Positions 49,401 to 61,966 of a DNA stretch of 64,000 nt are shown here, in pieces; the first letter of the stretch is position 1; every line of letters begins with the position of its first letter. The translations under genes were made by a program, and so were the position numbers. The notes below the pieces were generated by a model, which was not told the origin of the DNA, ran no database searches, and was given only the letters and a program-made list of their open reading frames with translations. This DNA is from Azolla caroliniana (lineage: Eukaryota > Plantae > Polypodiophyta): contig JBHGNT010000014.1 in assembly GCA_043228905.1 (NCBI GenBank), positions 2,914,001-2,978,000 of the forward strand. The letters run 5' to 3'.

Positions 49401-52127
49401 CCAGGACGCGGACTCGTCAAACACAACGTCACGGCTGACACGCGCTTGTTTGGTGCGAGGGTTATAGCACTTATAACCCTTCTGCTCGTCTGAGTAACCA
49501 ACCAAGATGCACTTCTCGGCCTTTGCGTCTAGCTTCCTCCTTTTCTCCTTCGGTACATGCACATACGCAATGCTACCGAACACCCTCAAGTGTCGCAAGT
49601 TCGGCTTCGTTCCGAAATATAGCTCGTGCGCCGACACTTTGTCTCCAATCCGGTTCTGGATGTATACCGCGGTCCTTACCGCCTCGGCCCAGTAGAACTT
49701 GGGCAAGCTCTTCTCCTCCAGCATTGCCCGTGCCGCTTCCACAATCGACCGATTCTTCCTCTCGGCCACGCCGTTCTGCTCTGGCGTGTATCTACAACTG
49801 AATTCGTGCCGAATTCCCATTTGTTGTAGATAACCGTTGAATTGACCGGAAAAGTACTCTTTCCCGCCATCCGACCGCAGGCACTTGATCTTTCATCCCG
49901 TTTCGGATTCCACGAACCCTTTGAGGTCCCGGAAATAGTCGAAGGCTTCGCTCTTCCTCTCAATGAGGTAGATCCATGTGTGCCGCGTGTGGTCGTCGAT
50001 GAAGGAGACGAAATATCGGCTCCCGTCAAGACTAACGTTTTGTGCCGGCCCCCATACATCGGAGTGTATAAGGTCGAGCTTCTTCCGGCTCCGGTTTCAC
50101 TCGTTGGGGAAAAGAAGTCGGTGTTGCTTCCCGAGCTGGTAGGCTTCACAAACTTGTGCCCTTCGGCCACTAAATTTGGGCAAACCGAACACTACCTGTT
50201 TCGTTTGCAGATCTTGAAGCCGCTGGTAGTTGACGTGGCCTATCCGCTTGTGCCACAAGTCAATGTCCGACTCGGTCTTTTGTCCCTTCGCGAACATTGC
50301 GGTGCCGCCGTCAGTGGAGTCGAGGATGAACATCCTCCCATCTCTGCACCCTTGTGCAATCACACGGCCTTCTTCCTCAATGAAGCACCTGAGGTGTGTA
50401 AACCGAACCTCCATCCCTTGGTCGACGATCTGTCCGACCGAGACCAAGTTCTTCGTGATTGTCGGAACGTGCAACACGTTCTTGAGTTTCCCTTTCTGCC
50501 CGACATGGCTAAGGGGAACTTCTCCGACATTCGCGATCGGATGCGGAGTGTCGTCTCCTGTTGAGACTACTCCCAGTTGTATCGGTCTTTCAAGGTACGA
50601 GAACCACTCCTTATGGCTCGTCATGTGGTTTGACGCGCCGGAGTCTACGTACCACACCTCATCCGATCTCGGGGTGCTCTGTTTCATTGAGTTTGCTTCA
50701 TGTCTCGTCACGAAGACAGACCCTTCTCCAGCTCTCCCGGAGTCTTTGGCGTAGTGCAATCGCTGCCGATTTCCCTTGTCGGTATGTCTGGAGCCGTTCC
50801 CGGAACCAGTTCTCTCCGAATCGGCGTGCTTCTTCCAGCACTCACTTTCCCTGTGGCCTTTCTTGCCACAGTACCAGCACTCCGCGATGGACTTCCCTTG
50901 CCGGTTCTCATCGCTTCGACTCCCCCTCTTTCCGGAGGGTCTGGAGTTGCTGTTGGCATCACTTCGGTGCCTTCTTTCTTGATCTCGTCGGCCGCCTCCA
51001 TTGCGTGTCGACTCGCCTCGTCCGCCACGACCACGGGGCCTTTCTCCCTCCGTGTACAACATTTTGCTGTCGGTGTGCGTGCTTGTAGACGCACCCGCGT
51101 GGTTCTCCTCTACCAGGAGTATCGACTGTAAGTCGAAAAAGGACGGCGTATTCTCCCGGGTACACATAGCCGTTCGGAACGCTCCGAGCTTCGACGCCAA
51201 ACCTCCGAGACAGATCTGGACCATCTTGCTCTCCTCGATGTTCACCTCTATGGAGGCGAGGGAATCACAAATATCCTTGATCTTCGAGGTATAGTCCGCC
51301 ACCGACAAGTCGCGTTGTCGTAGGTTGCTCAACTCCTGTCGGAGCTGAAGCTTCCTGGCTGTGGTGCTTGCGGCGAAAATCTTCTTCAAATTTTCCCACG
51401 CACCCTTCGGCGTCTTTGCATCCCGAACATAGCTCAATAGCTGTTCTCCCACACACGACGCGAAGCAGTATAGTACCCTGCTCGCGGATTGCTCCCACGA
51501 CGGGAAGTCTGTGTGTGTCGATTCGGGTGCCGCGTCATTAGCTCGTTCGACATAACTCCAGTAGCCGTGCCCGAGCAGGTACTGGTGCATCTTGTAGGAC
51601 CAAGACGCGTAGTTGGTTCTGTCGAGCTTCTGTGTTGGAAGCGAGCTCGCCATGCCTCTATCCATCGTTCTTCTTGTTCTTCTTCGTCAAGCTGTGTCGG
51701 CTGCAGAGAGGTTCTCAACCCTCGCGCTCTGATACCATGTAGAAAGTAGCGTGCGGAAGCAGGTATGAAGACAGAACAGAGGAAAGAAACTCAGGTTCAA
51801 TGGAGAGCTTGGGCTTACACGGTATACGCGGCAAAGACAGAGAGAGTAGACACAAAAAACTATATTTCACAATAATACTCAATCTCTGTGTACATAAGAC
51901 GTGCTCAATGAGCACTTTTATACAAGTCCTAGAAGGACTGACCGAAGTACTGGCAGTACTTCAATGCTCATTAAGAGCTCCTACACTAACTCCCAAATAT
52001 ATTCCTCACGGAATATCTTTCCTAACGACCTCCCGGTTTACGCACTCGGCCTAACCGATCAGTCCCAGCCGATCCGGTCCTCGGCTTCTTCAGCCGATCT
52101 GGCCGATGTTGAGCTTGTCTCTCAACA
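46434..52127 (-). mobile_element. Ty1/copia LTR retrotransposon B (young, same family as A, antiparallel)
   Basis: 390-bp LTRs 46434-46823 and 51738-52127 with about six transition differences by eye. Perfect 5-bp TSD gtggc (46429-46433, 52128-52132). PBS-Met just inside 51737; PPT at 46824-46836. Confidence 0.97.
46818..51665 (-). pseudogene. Copia B gag-pol single reading frame with three in-frame stops
   Basis: ORF-track segments 51665-50097, 49820-48462 and 48404-46818 share one frame. CWYCGKKGHRESEC, WYVDSGAS, GAG-pre-integrase WHKRIGH, YVDD, DADW, TKHIEVHYHFVRE. Confidence 0.9.
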
Positions 52128-55100
52128 GTGGCTGATTACACCTCGAAGATCAAAGATATATGCGACTCCCTAGCCTCCATCGATGTGAACGTCGAGGAAG
52201 GGGAAATGGTGTAGATTTGTCTCGGGGGACTAGCGTCGAAGTTCGGAGCATTCCGAACTGTTGTGTGCACATGGGAGAATACGCTGTCGTTTTTCGACCT
52301 ACAGTCGATGCTCCTTATAGAGGAGAACCACGTGGGTGAATTGACGAGTATGCACGCCGATAGCAAGATGCTGTACACAGAGGGAGATAGGCCCCGTGGT
52401 CGTGGCGGATGAGGCGAGTTGGTGCACAATGGAGGTGGCCGACGGGATCAAGGAAGGAGGCACCGAAGTGATGCCGACAACAATTCCAAACCCTCCGGAA
52501 ATAGGGGGAGTCGAGGCGATGAGAACTGACAAGGGAAATTCGCCGCGGAATGCTGGTACTGTGGCAAGAAAGGCCATAAGGAGAAGTGAGTGCTGGAAGA
52601 AGCATGCCGATTCGGAGAGGACCGGATCCGGATCCGGATCAGGTTCCGGACAAACCGACAAGGCTAATCGGCAGCGATCGCACTACGCCGAAGGATCTGG
52701 AAAAGCCGAAAAAGGGTCAGCCTTCGTGACGAGACACGAAGCGAACTCGATGAAGGAGTCCACCCCGAAATTGGACGAGGTGTGGTATGTCGACTCCGGC
52801 GCATCAAACCACATGACATGCCACAAGGAGTGGTTCTCATACCTTGAGAATCCGATGCAACCGGGAGTAGTCGCAACCGGAGATGACACTCCGCATCTGA
52901 TCATGAATGTCGGTGAAGTTCCCTTGAGCCATGTCGGGCAGAAAGGGAAACTCATGAACGTGTTACACGTCCCGACAATCACGAAGAATCCGGTGTCGGT
53001 CGGGCAGATCGTCGACCAGGGGATGCAAGTCCGGTTCACGCATCTCAGGTGCTTCATCGAGGAAGTAGGCCGAGTTATTGCGCAAGGGCGCAGAGACGGG
53101 AGAATGTTTATCCTTGACTCTAGTGACGGTGGCACCGCAATGCTCGCGAAAGGACAAAAAGTCGAGTCGGATATCGACTTGTGGCACAAGCGGATAGGCC
53201 ACGCCAACTATCAACGGCTTTAGGACCTGCAATTGAAACAGGTGGTGTTCGGATTGGCCAAATTTAGTGGCCGGAAGGCATAAATTTGTGAAGCCCACCA
53301 GCTAGGGAAGCAACACCAACTTCCTTTCCCTAACGAGCGTAACCAGAGTCAGAACAAGCTCGACTTGTTACATTCCGATGTATGGGGGCCGACACAGAAT
53401 GTTAGTCTTGGTGGGAGTCGATATTTCGTCTCCTTCATCGACGACTATACGCGGCACACGTGGATCTACCTCATTGAGAAGAAGAGTGAAGTCTTCGACT
53501 GTTTCCAGGACCTCAAGAGTTTCGTCAAAAGGGAAACAGGAAGAAAGATCAAGTGCATGCAGTTGGATGGCGGAAAAGAGTACTTTTCTAGTCAATTCAA
53601 CGGGTATCTGCAACAGATGGGAATTCGGCGTGAATTCAGTGGCAGATATACGCCGGAGCAAAACGGCGTGGCTGAAAGGAAAAATCGGTCGGTTGTGGAA
53701 GTGGCATGGGCAATGCTGGAAGAAAAGAGCTTGCCCAAGTTCTATTGGGCCGAGGCAGTACAAACCGTAGTGTACATCCAGAATCGGATCGGAGACAAAG
53801 TGTCGGTGCATGAGCAGTATTTCGGAAGGAAGCCGAATCTACGACAGTTGAGAGTTTTCGGTAGAATTGCGTATGTGCATGTACCAAAGTAAAAGCGAAT
53901 GAAGCTAGCCGCGAAAGTCGAGAAGTGTATCCTGGTCGGCTATTCAGAGGAGCAGAAGGGTTATAAGTGTTATAACCCCCGAACCAAACAAGCTCGCGTG
54001 AGGCGCGACGTTGTGTTTGACGAGTCCGCGTCTTGGTATTTGCCTCCGACTCCAGACCTCAATTCCAATCCGAGTTTTGACGATGAGGTTAGCGAGGCTG
54101 AAGTGCCTCCGGATGAGGGTGAAATCAGGATCCTCGAAGAGAGTCCGATCTCATTTCGGTTAAGTGGACCGAATGGACGACTGAGTCGGTTTGACCAGTC
54201 CGAAGAAGAGCCGGTAAGTCGTGGAGACTCGACCGTGCATTCCCCGTGCAGGAAACCGGGGAGACGGCTTACGCGCAAGGAAAAAGGGAAGAAGAAGGTG
54301 TCAGATTATAGTACGGATAGGAACAAGTCAGATGGATGCGAGTCCGACTCCGAAGGAAGTGATGACGGGTCTTCAAGAGCGAAGTCTCCATCGGCCAAGA
54401 AAGCCTCAACATCGGCTAATAAGAAATTACACCGATCTACCCGCCAGAAGAACCCTATTATGCGGTTCGTATACAATGAGTACATGGCGCATCACTATGC
54501 GTACATGTCCCTTGTAGCGGAAGTGCGTGAGCCGGAGAGCTACGCAGAAGCGGCAAAGACGCGAATTGGCATGCCGCGATGGAGGAAGAGATGCGCAAAT
54601 TGGCGGACAATGAAACCTGGAACCTGGTTGATGCACTGAAAGGTGTGAAGTCGATCGGATGTAGGTGGCATCGACTATGATGAGACGTTTGCACCGGTCG
54701 CGAAGATGACGACCGTCCGCGTTTTGCTCGTAGTAGCTGCGGCGAAGGGGTGGCACTTACATAAGATGGATGTAAAGAATACGTTCCTGCAAGGTGAGCT
54801 TGAGGAACAGGTGTACATGGTATAGCCTCCCGGATTTTACTCCGGAACGAACACCTCAGCGGTGTGCTGGTTGAAGAAGTCCCTTTATGGACTAAAGCAA
54901 GCCCCGTGTGCCTGGAACACGAAGATCACGCAATGATTGCGTCGGATGGGCTTTGTGACGTCAAAATCAGACTCCTCACTGTTCATCCGGAAAGGTGGAC
55001 TCAGGCCGGTTAGTATTTTAGTTTATGTTGATGACTTGGTCATCACCGACGCCGACCTAGGTGAGATTGACCGCGTGAAGCTCCATCTTGCGGCATCATT

Positions 55101-58100
55101 CGACATGAAGGATTTGGGAGACCTTCATTACTTACTCAGGATCGAAGTGATCCGCACCCCCGAAGGCATACTGATCAGCCAACGACATTACGTGCTGAGT
55201 ATGCTCTTCAAATTTGGGATGGCCGACTGTAAGTCCGTCTCGACTCCTCTGGATAGAACCGTCAAGCTTTGCCCCGATTCCAAAAAGGTATGCGACCTAA
55301 CGAGGTTCTGACAGATAGTCGGAAGCCTTATATCCTTGACCATCACCCGACCAGATATCAGCTACCTGGTCGGGGTGATTAGTCAGTTCATGGCACGACC
55401 TACTGAGGGGCACCTTTAGTGTGCGCAACACGTACTGTGGTACGTAAGCGGCACTAAGGACTAGGGGCTACTATATCGGACTGGTACAACACCACAGTTG
55501 GTCAACTACACCGATGCCGACTAGGCTGGCAACGTCACCGATCACCGATCCACGTCTGGTTTCGCGTTCTCTCTTGGGAGTGCCGCGATCGTGTGGAGTA
55601 GCAAGAAACAACCGATAGTTCCGCTGTCGAGCACCGAAGCCGAGTATAGAGGAACGGCTATCGCGACATGCGAAGCCATATGGTTGAAGCGGCTACTTAA
55701 GGATCTGCAGGTGGAGGTATCCGATCCAACGCCAATCTACTGTGACAACTTCAACAGCATCCAACTAGCAAAGAACCCCGTCTTCCACGCCTGGACTAAG
55801 CACATTGAGGTGCACTACCATTTCGTCTGTGAGCGTGTCCTCTCTGGTGAAGTCGAAATTCGATATGTTCCGACGGATCGGCAGACAACCGACATCTTCA
55901 CCAAGCCTCTTGGTCTGGACAAGTTGCGGCAATTCTCGGGTGCGCTTGGGTTGTGTCACCTCGACATGCCGAACTTGAGGGGGAGAGATGTCCCGAATGA
56001 CCACGGAAGGGGGAGAGAAGTTCCGGAAGACCACGACGCCGAGTCAGATAACGAATTCGATTTCGGATCGGCTGAAGAAGCCGAGGGCGGATCCGCCGAA
56101 GATTCCGAAAGCGAACATAAGGGGAGAAGTCAAAAGAAAGAGCCAAAGCCAACCAAGCGCGGGGGAGACGAAGCCATCAAGGGCGAGAAGACTGAAGATG
56201 AGTTGGAGACAGACAACTCAGACGAAGGCGAAAACCGATTGGAGGAAGCTGAGTCGGTTCGGATGTTTGATTCGGATACGCCGAATCAACTGAGGGCCAA
56301 GCGGAAGAGAAGGCAGCAGAAGAAGCGCCAAAACCGCGACAACAACGGTGCTGAGAAGGGCCACATGAGCATGCAAGCCGACCGGAAGGTTCGAGGCACG
56401 CGAAATCGAACAGGTCGAGGAGCGCGAGCAAGAGCAAAGCCAAAAGGAATCGGAGCGTAGATCTGGAAGAGCGAATGGAACCTCAAGTTGAGCTTGTGGG
56501 GGAGTGTTGAGATACAAGATCAACATTGGCCGGATCTGCTGTGCAAGCCAAGAACCGGATCGGTTGGGATCGATGCGTAAACCGGGTGCATAAACCGGTG
56601 CGCAACGAGAAGCCGTAGCGGTGCGTAAACTGCGAGGCCGTTGGAAAGATATTCCGCATAGGAATATAGTTTTGGGAGTTAGTGTAGAGCTCACTTATGA
56701 GCATTGAAGTACGTGTCAGTACGTCAGTCAGTCGGTATGGACTTGTATAAAAGTGCTCATTGAGCACATCCTATGTACAGACTGTGTACTATTTTTGAAT
56801 TGAGTCTTTGTGTGCATTCTCTTTGTTTGTTTGTCTCTCCCACATACTTTGTATATTCAAGCTCTCCATTAAACCTGCGTTTCTGTGTTCGGTTTTCTAT
56901 TGCTTCCGCATGCTATTCTTTTCACATTGATCTACTACTGTTAATATTGCATCAAATCCCTTTGAAACTGGAAGATTTGTGATAGAATCTAGAGAAATGG
57001 ACTGCCATGGCTTGCTTGGAATTGGTAATGGTTCCAATAAACCATATGGATGGTGTCTTGGCATCTTGGCTCTGCAACATGTATCACATGTCTGAACATA
57101 GTCTTCGATAAATCGTCGCATATGAGGCCACCAAAATGATTGTTGCACTAAATCCAACGTTTTAGTAATACCGAAATGTCCAGTTGTATATGTGTCATGA
57201 AAATTTTGGACTACTCGAAGGCGACAAGAACCATTGGGAACATACAAGAGTTTCTTAAAGAATAGTAATCCATCATGACATTCGAATTGTCGATAGTCCG
57301 TACCTGGTTGTTGGGACTGTGAAGAGGATGTCCGAGAGGGATCAAATTGTGCTAGAATGGCTTGAGCAAAAGCGTCTGTCTTCAAGTCTTCACGTATCGT
57401 ATTGATAATGTGGGAATCCAATGGAGTGTCAAAAACCCATGTTGCTTGCAATCGTGTTGGTCCCAAGATTACTTGTTTTTTATTATCAAATGCTGGATCA
57501 TCGGGACAAGGTGCTAGATATGAGCGCCGTGATAATGCATTTGCCTTCGCTTGATGCTTCCTAGGACAATATGTAATTTTGAAGTTGAAACGAGTGAGAA
57601 ATTGGGCCCACCGAGCTTGTCGTCGATTTAATACACAAGCATTCTAGAAGTAGGCAAGATTTTTGTGATCACTGAATACGGTGACTTGATGAGAAGATCT
57701 CTCTACAAAATGTCTCCATTGTGCAAAAGAGTCCACTATTGCTAATAGCTCCTTGTCATGTATCTTGTAATTGATTTCAACAACATCAAACTTACGCGAG
57801 TGGAAAGCCACAAGATGTAGTTTTTCATCATTGCCTTGTTGTGATAGAAGGCTATCAAGGACGAAATCTGACGCTTCTGCCTCAATGGTGAACGGTTTTT
57901 TCGGATCAACATGAGCTAGAATAGGAGCTGATGTAAATGCTTTCTTAAGACTCACAAAAGCTGTGTCCACTTCCATAGAACAAACAAATGACTTCCCCTT
58001 CTTGATAAGTTGTATGTGTTGTCTGTCTGGCTGGACTAGCCTCAACACAGGTGTCTACCCGACACTTCTCCAAAGGGGTGGTAAGGATTGGATGCTAGGT

Positions 58101-59062
58101 TACACGCATAAGAAGATTACGATTAAGCACGGACGGCAAACAATACGAGATACAGATAAATACACAATAATTACTATTGTATTACTTCCGTCAAAAAACC
58201 TTTACAAATCATCGGATCCTTTTATAGGCATCCGGCAAGGTTACAATCGGTGCGCTTAGGCAACCGACATCCGAATCGGTTCGGATCCGGATCGGTACAA
58301 CTGTACCGAATCTGTCCCTCCGAATAATAATTCTACTATTACTTCCTATTATCCGATCCGATTCGCCTTCCCACTTGTCCTTGCTCTTCTGACCGGCCAA
58401 CACATGGCACGCCCGTGGGAAAGTGCCTTGCACTTCGAATCCACTCCCGGCCTCAGTCTTCCTCCAAAATATCGAGCACACTTTGCTCGATAGTGTCAAG
58501 TGGTGCTTCTTCCTCCTGTTCCTGTTCCTTGCCTACCTGGTCTCCGACCTCCTGTTGGGTAGGCTGTTCCGTAAAAATTTTCTGCTCCGGCTCTGCTTGA
58601 TTCCGTGGTGCCGGTGCTTCCTCACCGCTTCGTTCGGGTTCTTCCTGTTCTCCCTCCGTTCCTGGCTCTGTTCTGTTACCGGTGTCGCTTTCTCCGGTCT
58701 CGACTAGTCGACTTGATATGCCTCCTTCCTCTGCTCTGGTGTCTTCCGGTCTCAGCTCTTCTTCTTCTCCGGCATCGGTCCGCTCCTGCTCTTCTTCAAG
58801 TTCGTCTTCAGGTATTCCTCGTCGGGGTTGTTCGGTGTCGGTTGGTTCTTCTTCAGCCAGTCGCGTTCCCTCACCAATAGTGGTTGGCGTCGTTCTTCCC
58901 TTAGCTTCCTGTCGTAACCGGTCCTGCTCGTATCTCTCCAACTCCAACTGAGTTGCGAGCTGCCCGTCAGCCAACCTCTCTACCAACCCTCGGATTTCTT
59001 TGAGGTGTTCTTTTGCTAAAGTGTAGAAATCCTCCGACAATTCCTCCCGAATGCGACGATAC

Positions 59063-59819
59063 TGACAGACGAAAAATGGAAGAAGGCTCCGGAAAGGTCG
59101 AGCCGCTAATGACCGACTGCAAGAAGAAAAAGAGAAGCTGCAGAAGGAGAGAGAGGACCGACTACGTCGACATGCCGAACAAGATATAGAACGACTGCAG
59201 GAAGAACTCCGACAACAGAAGGACCGGGACGATCGGTTAAGAGCTCAGGCAACCCGACGCCTGAAGCAGAAGACGGAGGACTTCGACCGTCTCTACCGAG
59301 ATCATAAGCAGGCCGAGTCGGACAACAAAAAACGAGCAGCAGACTACGACCGGCAAATAGAGAAGCTGAAAGAGCAGCTCAAAGAGACCCGATTAGACCT
59401 GGCTAAGGCGATGGATGAGGTCAGTGCCAACAAGGAAGCATTANNNNNNNNNNNNNNNNNNNNNNNNNNNNNNNNNNNNNNNNNNNNNNNNNNNNNNNNN
59501 NNNNNNNNNNNNNNNNNNNNNNNNNNNNNNNNNNNNNNNNNNNACTGCTCGTTTTTTGTTGTCCGACTCGGCCTGCTTATGATCTCGGTAGAGACGGTCG
59601 GAGTCCTCCGTCTTCTGCTTCAGGCGTCGGGTTGCCTGAGCTCTTAACCGATCGTCCCGGTCCTTCTGTTGTCGGAGTTCTTCCTGCAGTCGTTCTATCT
59701 CTTGTTCGGCATGTCGACGTAGTCGGTCCTTCTCCTTCTGCAGCTTCTCTTTTTCTTCTTGCAGTCGGTCATTAGCGGCTCGACCTTTCCGGAGGCCTTC
59801 TTCCATTTTTCGTCTGTCA
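59063..59819. repeat. Inverted duplication (~277-bp arms) spanning the assembly gap
   Basis: 59063-59339 is the reverse complement of 59545-59819, with a few small indels and substitutions. Confidence 0.85.
59444..59543. other. Assembly gap (100 N)
   Basis: Run of n. Confidence 1.
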
Positions 59820-59950
59820 TCCTCCACCGCTTTCCGCTGTTCCCTTTCTCTTTCCCTTAATGCCTCCTGAGCTTGTAACTCCTCTCGTAAGGTTTCTATT
59901 ATTTTTTCGGTCTCAGGGCTGGTTTGCAAGGTTACCGGTTCCGGTTCCGG

Positions 59951-60238
59951 TGTCGTGCCTTTCGGCTCCGGATCGTTTGCGTGAGTCGGGTGGGAACCAC
60001 CGGGGTTTTGGACTAGGAGGAGGAAGAATTTGAGACTATTAAGAATATAAATATGTTGTAAGAAAGAGTTATAGCAAATTCGTGAATCCCACGAGTGTAT
60101 TGTATTAGATTAATCAATATGAATATAAGAATATAAACTTCGGTTGAAAGAGAATGATATAGAATCCTCGTGAATCCCACGAGTATAGTTTATTAATTGG
60201 TGTTTTTAGAAACATATCCAGTTTCCAAATATTTTTCA
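59951..60238 (-). mobile_element. Partial LTR (U5 end), near-identical direct copy of 61975-62263
   Basis: Starts tgtcgtgcctttcggctcc after host ccgg; fuses abruptly to internal sequence at ~60238. Confidence 0.85.
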
Positions 60239-61966
60239 CCAACGTGAGACCGGAGAGACGGAATGTGTCGGTGGAAAAGTGGAGGACCGGAAGGGCAACG
60301 AGGAAGACAAAGTAAATGAGCACGAACGAAGGGATTCCTTCACCATTGTTTCGGAGACTTCGGTACTGGAGCCCGGGTGTCGACATAACACCGAAGATAA
60401 GGAAAGTGGCGGCAACGAGACGAAGGTCGAAGCCGATGCATACGAAGGAGAGATAGCCAAGGAGAACATGGCTATGGGTGAAACAACGGAAGATGATAAT
60501 ACCGAGGATTCCTACCCACTAATTCTAGAGACTTCGGCGGTTGTGTCCGAGAACCAACGTGAGACCGGAGAGACGGGAGGTGGCAACAAGGAAGGTAAAG
60601 TCGGAAGCCGGTTCGGATGGAAGATGATCCGTCTGAAATTCCGATGTAAACAAAAGCATGACAACGGGAAGGTCGGGTCTACGATGGGAGAAGCATGTAA
60701 TACGGAGCACGCACTACGGCACCAAAAGAAGCACGTGCTACGGCGTAAAGAGAAGCACACGCTACGGCGCAAAAAGAAGCACGCGCTACGGTGCAAAAAT
60801 AAGTATGCACTACGGGGTAATACGGCGCATGCACTACGATGGAATACGAAGCATGCGCTACGGCCTAATACGACGCATGCGCAACATCGAGAAATAAAGC
60901 ATGCATTAAAGCCGCACAAGGACCTAACAGCGAGCGCGTATTCGGAGGTCGACATCGACGCGTGGGTAGAACCTACGGAAGACAAGCGCGGAGTGGAGAG
61001 AGACAACACACCGAGATGCTCAAGAGTACCACAAGGGACCATGACAACCACTCATGGCAAGGCAAAGAATGAACAAAGAATATGGTGGATCGGATGGCGA
61101 CAATGGTTCGGGTGGAAAGAATGGGTCTACTCAAAATGAGAGACAAAGTTGACATAGCGGGACAAACGGAGGATGAAGGGGAGACAACGAGCATCGGCAA
61201 CTTCGGCACATACCGGAGGATGTGCGGGTTCGGAGGGGGCGAGTGTCGTAGTGTATTTCGTACACTACGTGAAAAAGTAAAAAATAATATAACCGATTTA
61301 ATTACATATAAATAAATAAAATAATATATCAAGATATTTATCACGTGCATAGGGCAGGATTTGAACCCTGTACCTCCACGTAGCCAAACCTCAACTTTAC
61401 CATTATGCTACCTTATCTTTAGTGTTCTATAAATAGATTTAATAACTATAAGTGATTTATTTGCGCCTACCTTTATTAAAAGGTAAATCATGTATTTTTA
61501 GAGTGCGTGAATATTTTATAGAAAAACGCAAGCGACTAAAAAGTGACTCATGCACATCTAGCGTGCATGAGCACTATATTTAGCAAATAAAAGCAAGGAT
61601 TAGAAAAGCATCACATGCATATTTAGTGTGCATGAACATATTAGAAAAAAAGCATGTAGCTATGCTTAGTCTCTCCCATCACTACATAAGGATGGGGAGC
61701 ACAATGTAATAGGCGTGTGAAAAATATTTGGGAAATTGGATATATTTCCTAAAACACCAACAATCAATAAAATATACTCGTGGGATTCACGAAGTTTAAG
61801 ATAATCTATCTCTTTCAATCTAAATTCATATTCTTACATAAATATTGATTAATGTAATACTTGTGGGATTCACAAGATTAGCCTCAAATTCTTCCTCCTC
61901 CTAGTCCAAAACCCCGGTGGTTCCCACCCGACTCACGCAAACGATCCGGAGCCGAAAGGCACGACA
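60239..61966 (+). mobile_element. 3' part of LTR retroelement C: extra ORF, PPT and 3' LTR
   Basis: ORF 60279-61139, PPT ggagggggcgag 61232-61243, LTR 61244-61966 with tgtcgt...acgaca termini. Confidence 0.82.
61345..61417 (-). promoter_or_regulatory. tRNA-like Pol III A/B-box cassette in the LTR of element C
   Basis: Reverse strand tagcataatggt (A-box) ... ggttcaaatcc (B-box) at tRNA spacing, with a T-run downstream. Confidence 0.55.

Larger units (their letters stand above)
45540..56926 (+). mobile_element. Ty1/copia LTR retrotransposon A (older, interrupted by copia B)
   Basis: 5' LTR ~45540-45976, PBS tggtatcagag (tRNA-Met) at 45977. gag 46066-46433 resumes at 52133. PR WYVDSGAS, integrase HSDVWGP and GYKCY, RT VYVDD, RNase H SSTEAEY. 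PPT gggggag, 3' LTR 56505-56926. Many stops and an RT deletion near 54668. Confidence 0.93.
36731..58014 (-). mobile_element. Fragmented Ty3/gypsy chromovirus (Tcn1-like), host of the nested stack
   Basis: Minus-strand pieces: RNase H and integrase Zn finger 58014-56927 (VAFHSRKF..NYKIHDKELLAIV, GHFG, CDTC, LTVVDQ); integrase core 45197-44807 ([32 protein letters not shown]); GPF motif and chromodomain 37650-37150 (LGPF, IHPVFH, ILDSKIVRNKLYYLVDW); probable LTR 37124-36731. Confidence 0.82.
58015..59950. mobile_element. Tat-like LTR element fragment: LTR plus Arg-type PBS plus antisense coiled-coil ORF
   Basis: tgtgttg...caacaca bounded LTR 58015-58404, followed by tggcacgcccgtggga (58405-58420). 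Minus-strand E/R/K-rich ORF pieces 59929-59544 and 59065-58453. No gag/pol visible. Confidence 0.6.

Noticed and set aside
61345-61417. Functional tRNA gene
   Set aside because: Acceptor and anticodon arms do not pair properly; only the A/B boxes and T-arm are retained
59951-61966. DNA transposon with ~85-bp TIRs
   Set aside because: The apparent TIRs are LTR U5 ends (PPT and tgtcgt...acgaca termini identified); no TSD or transposase
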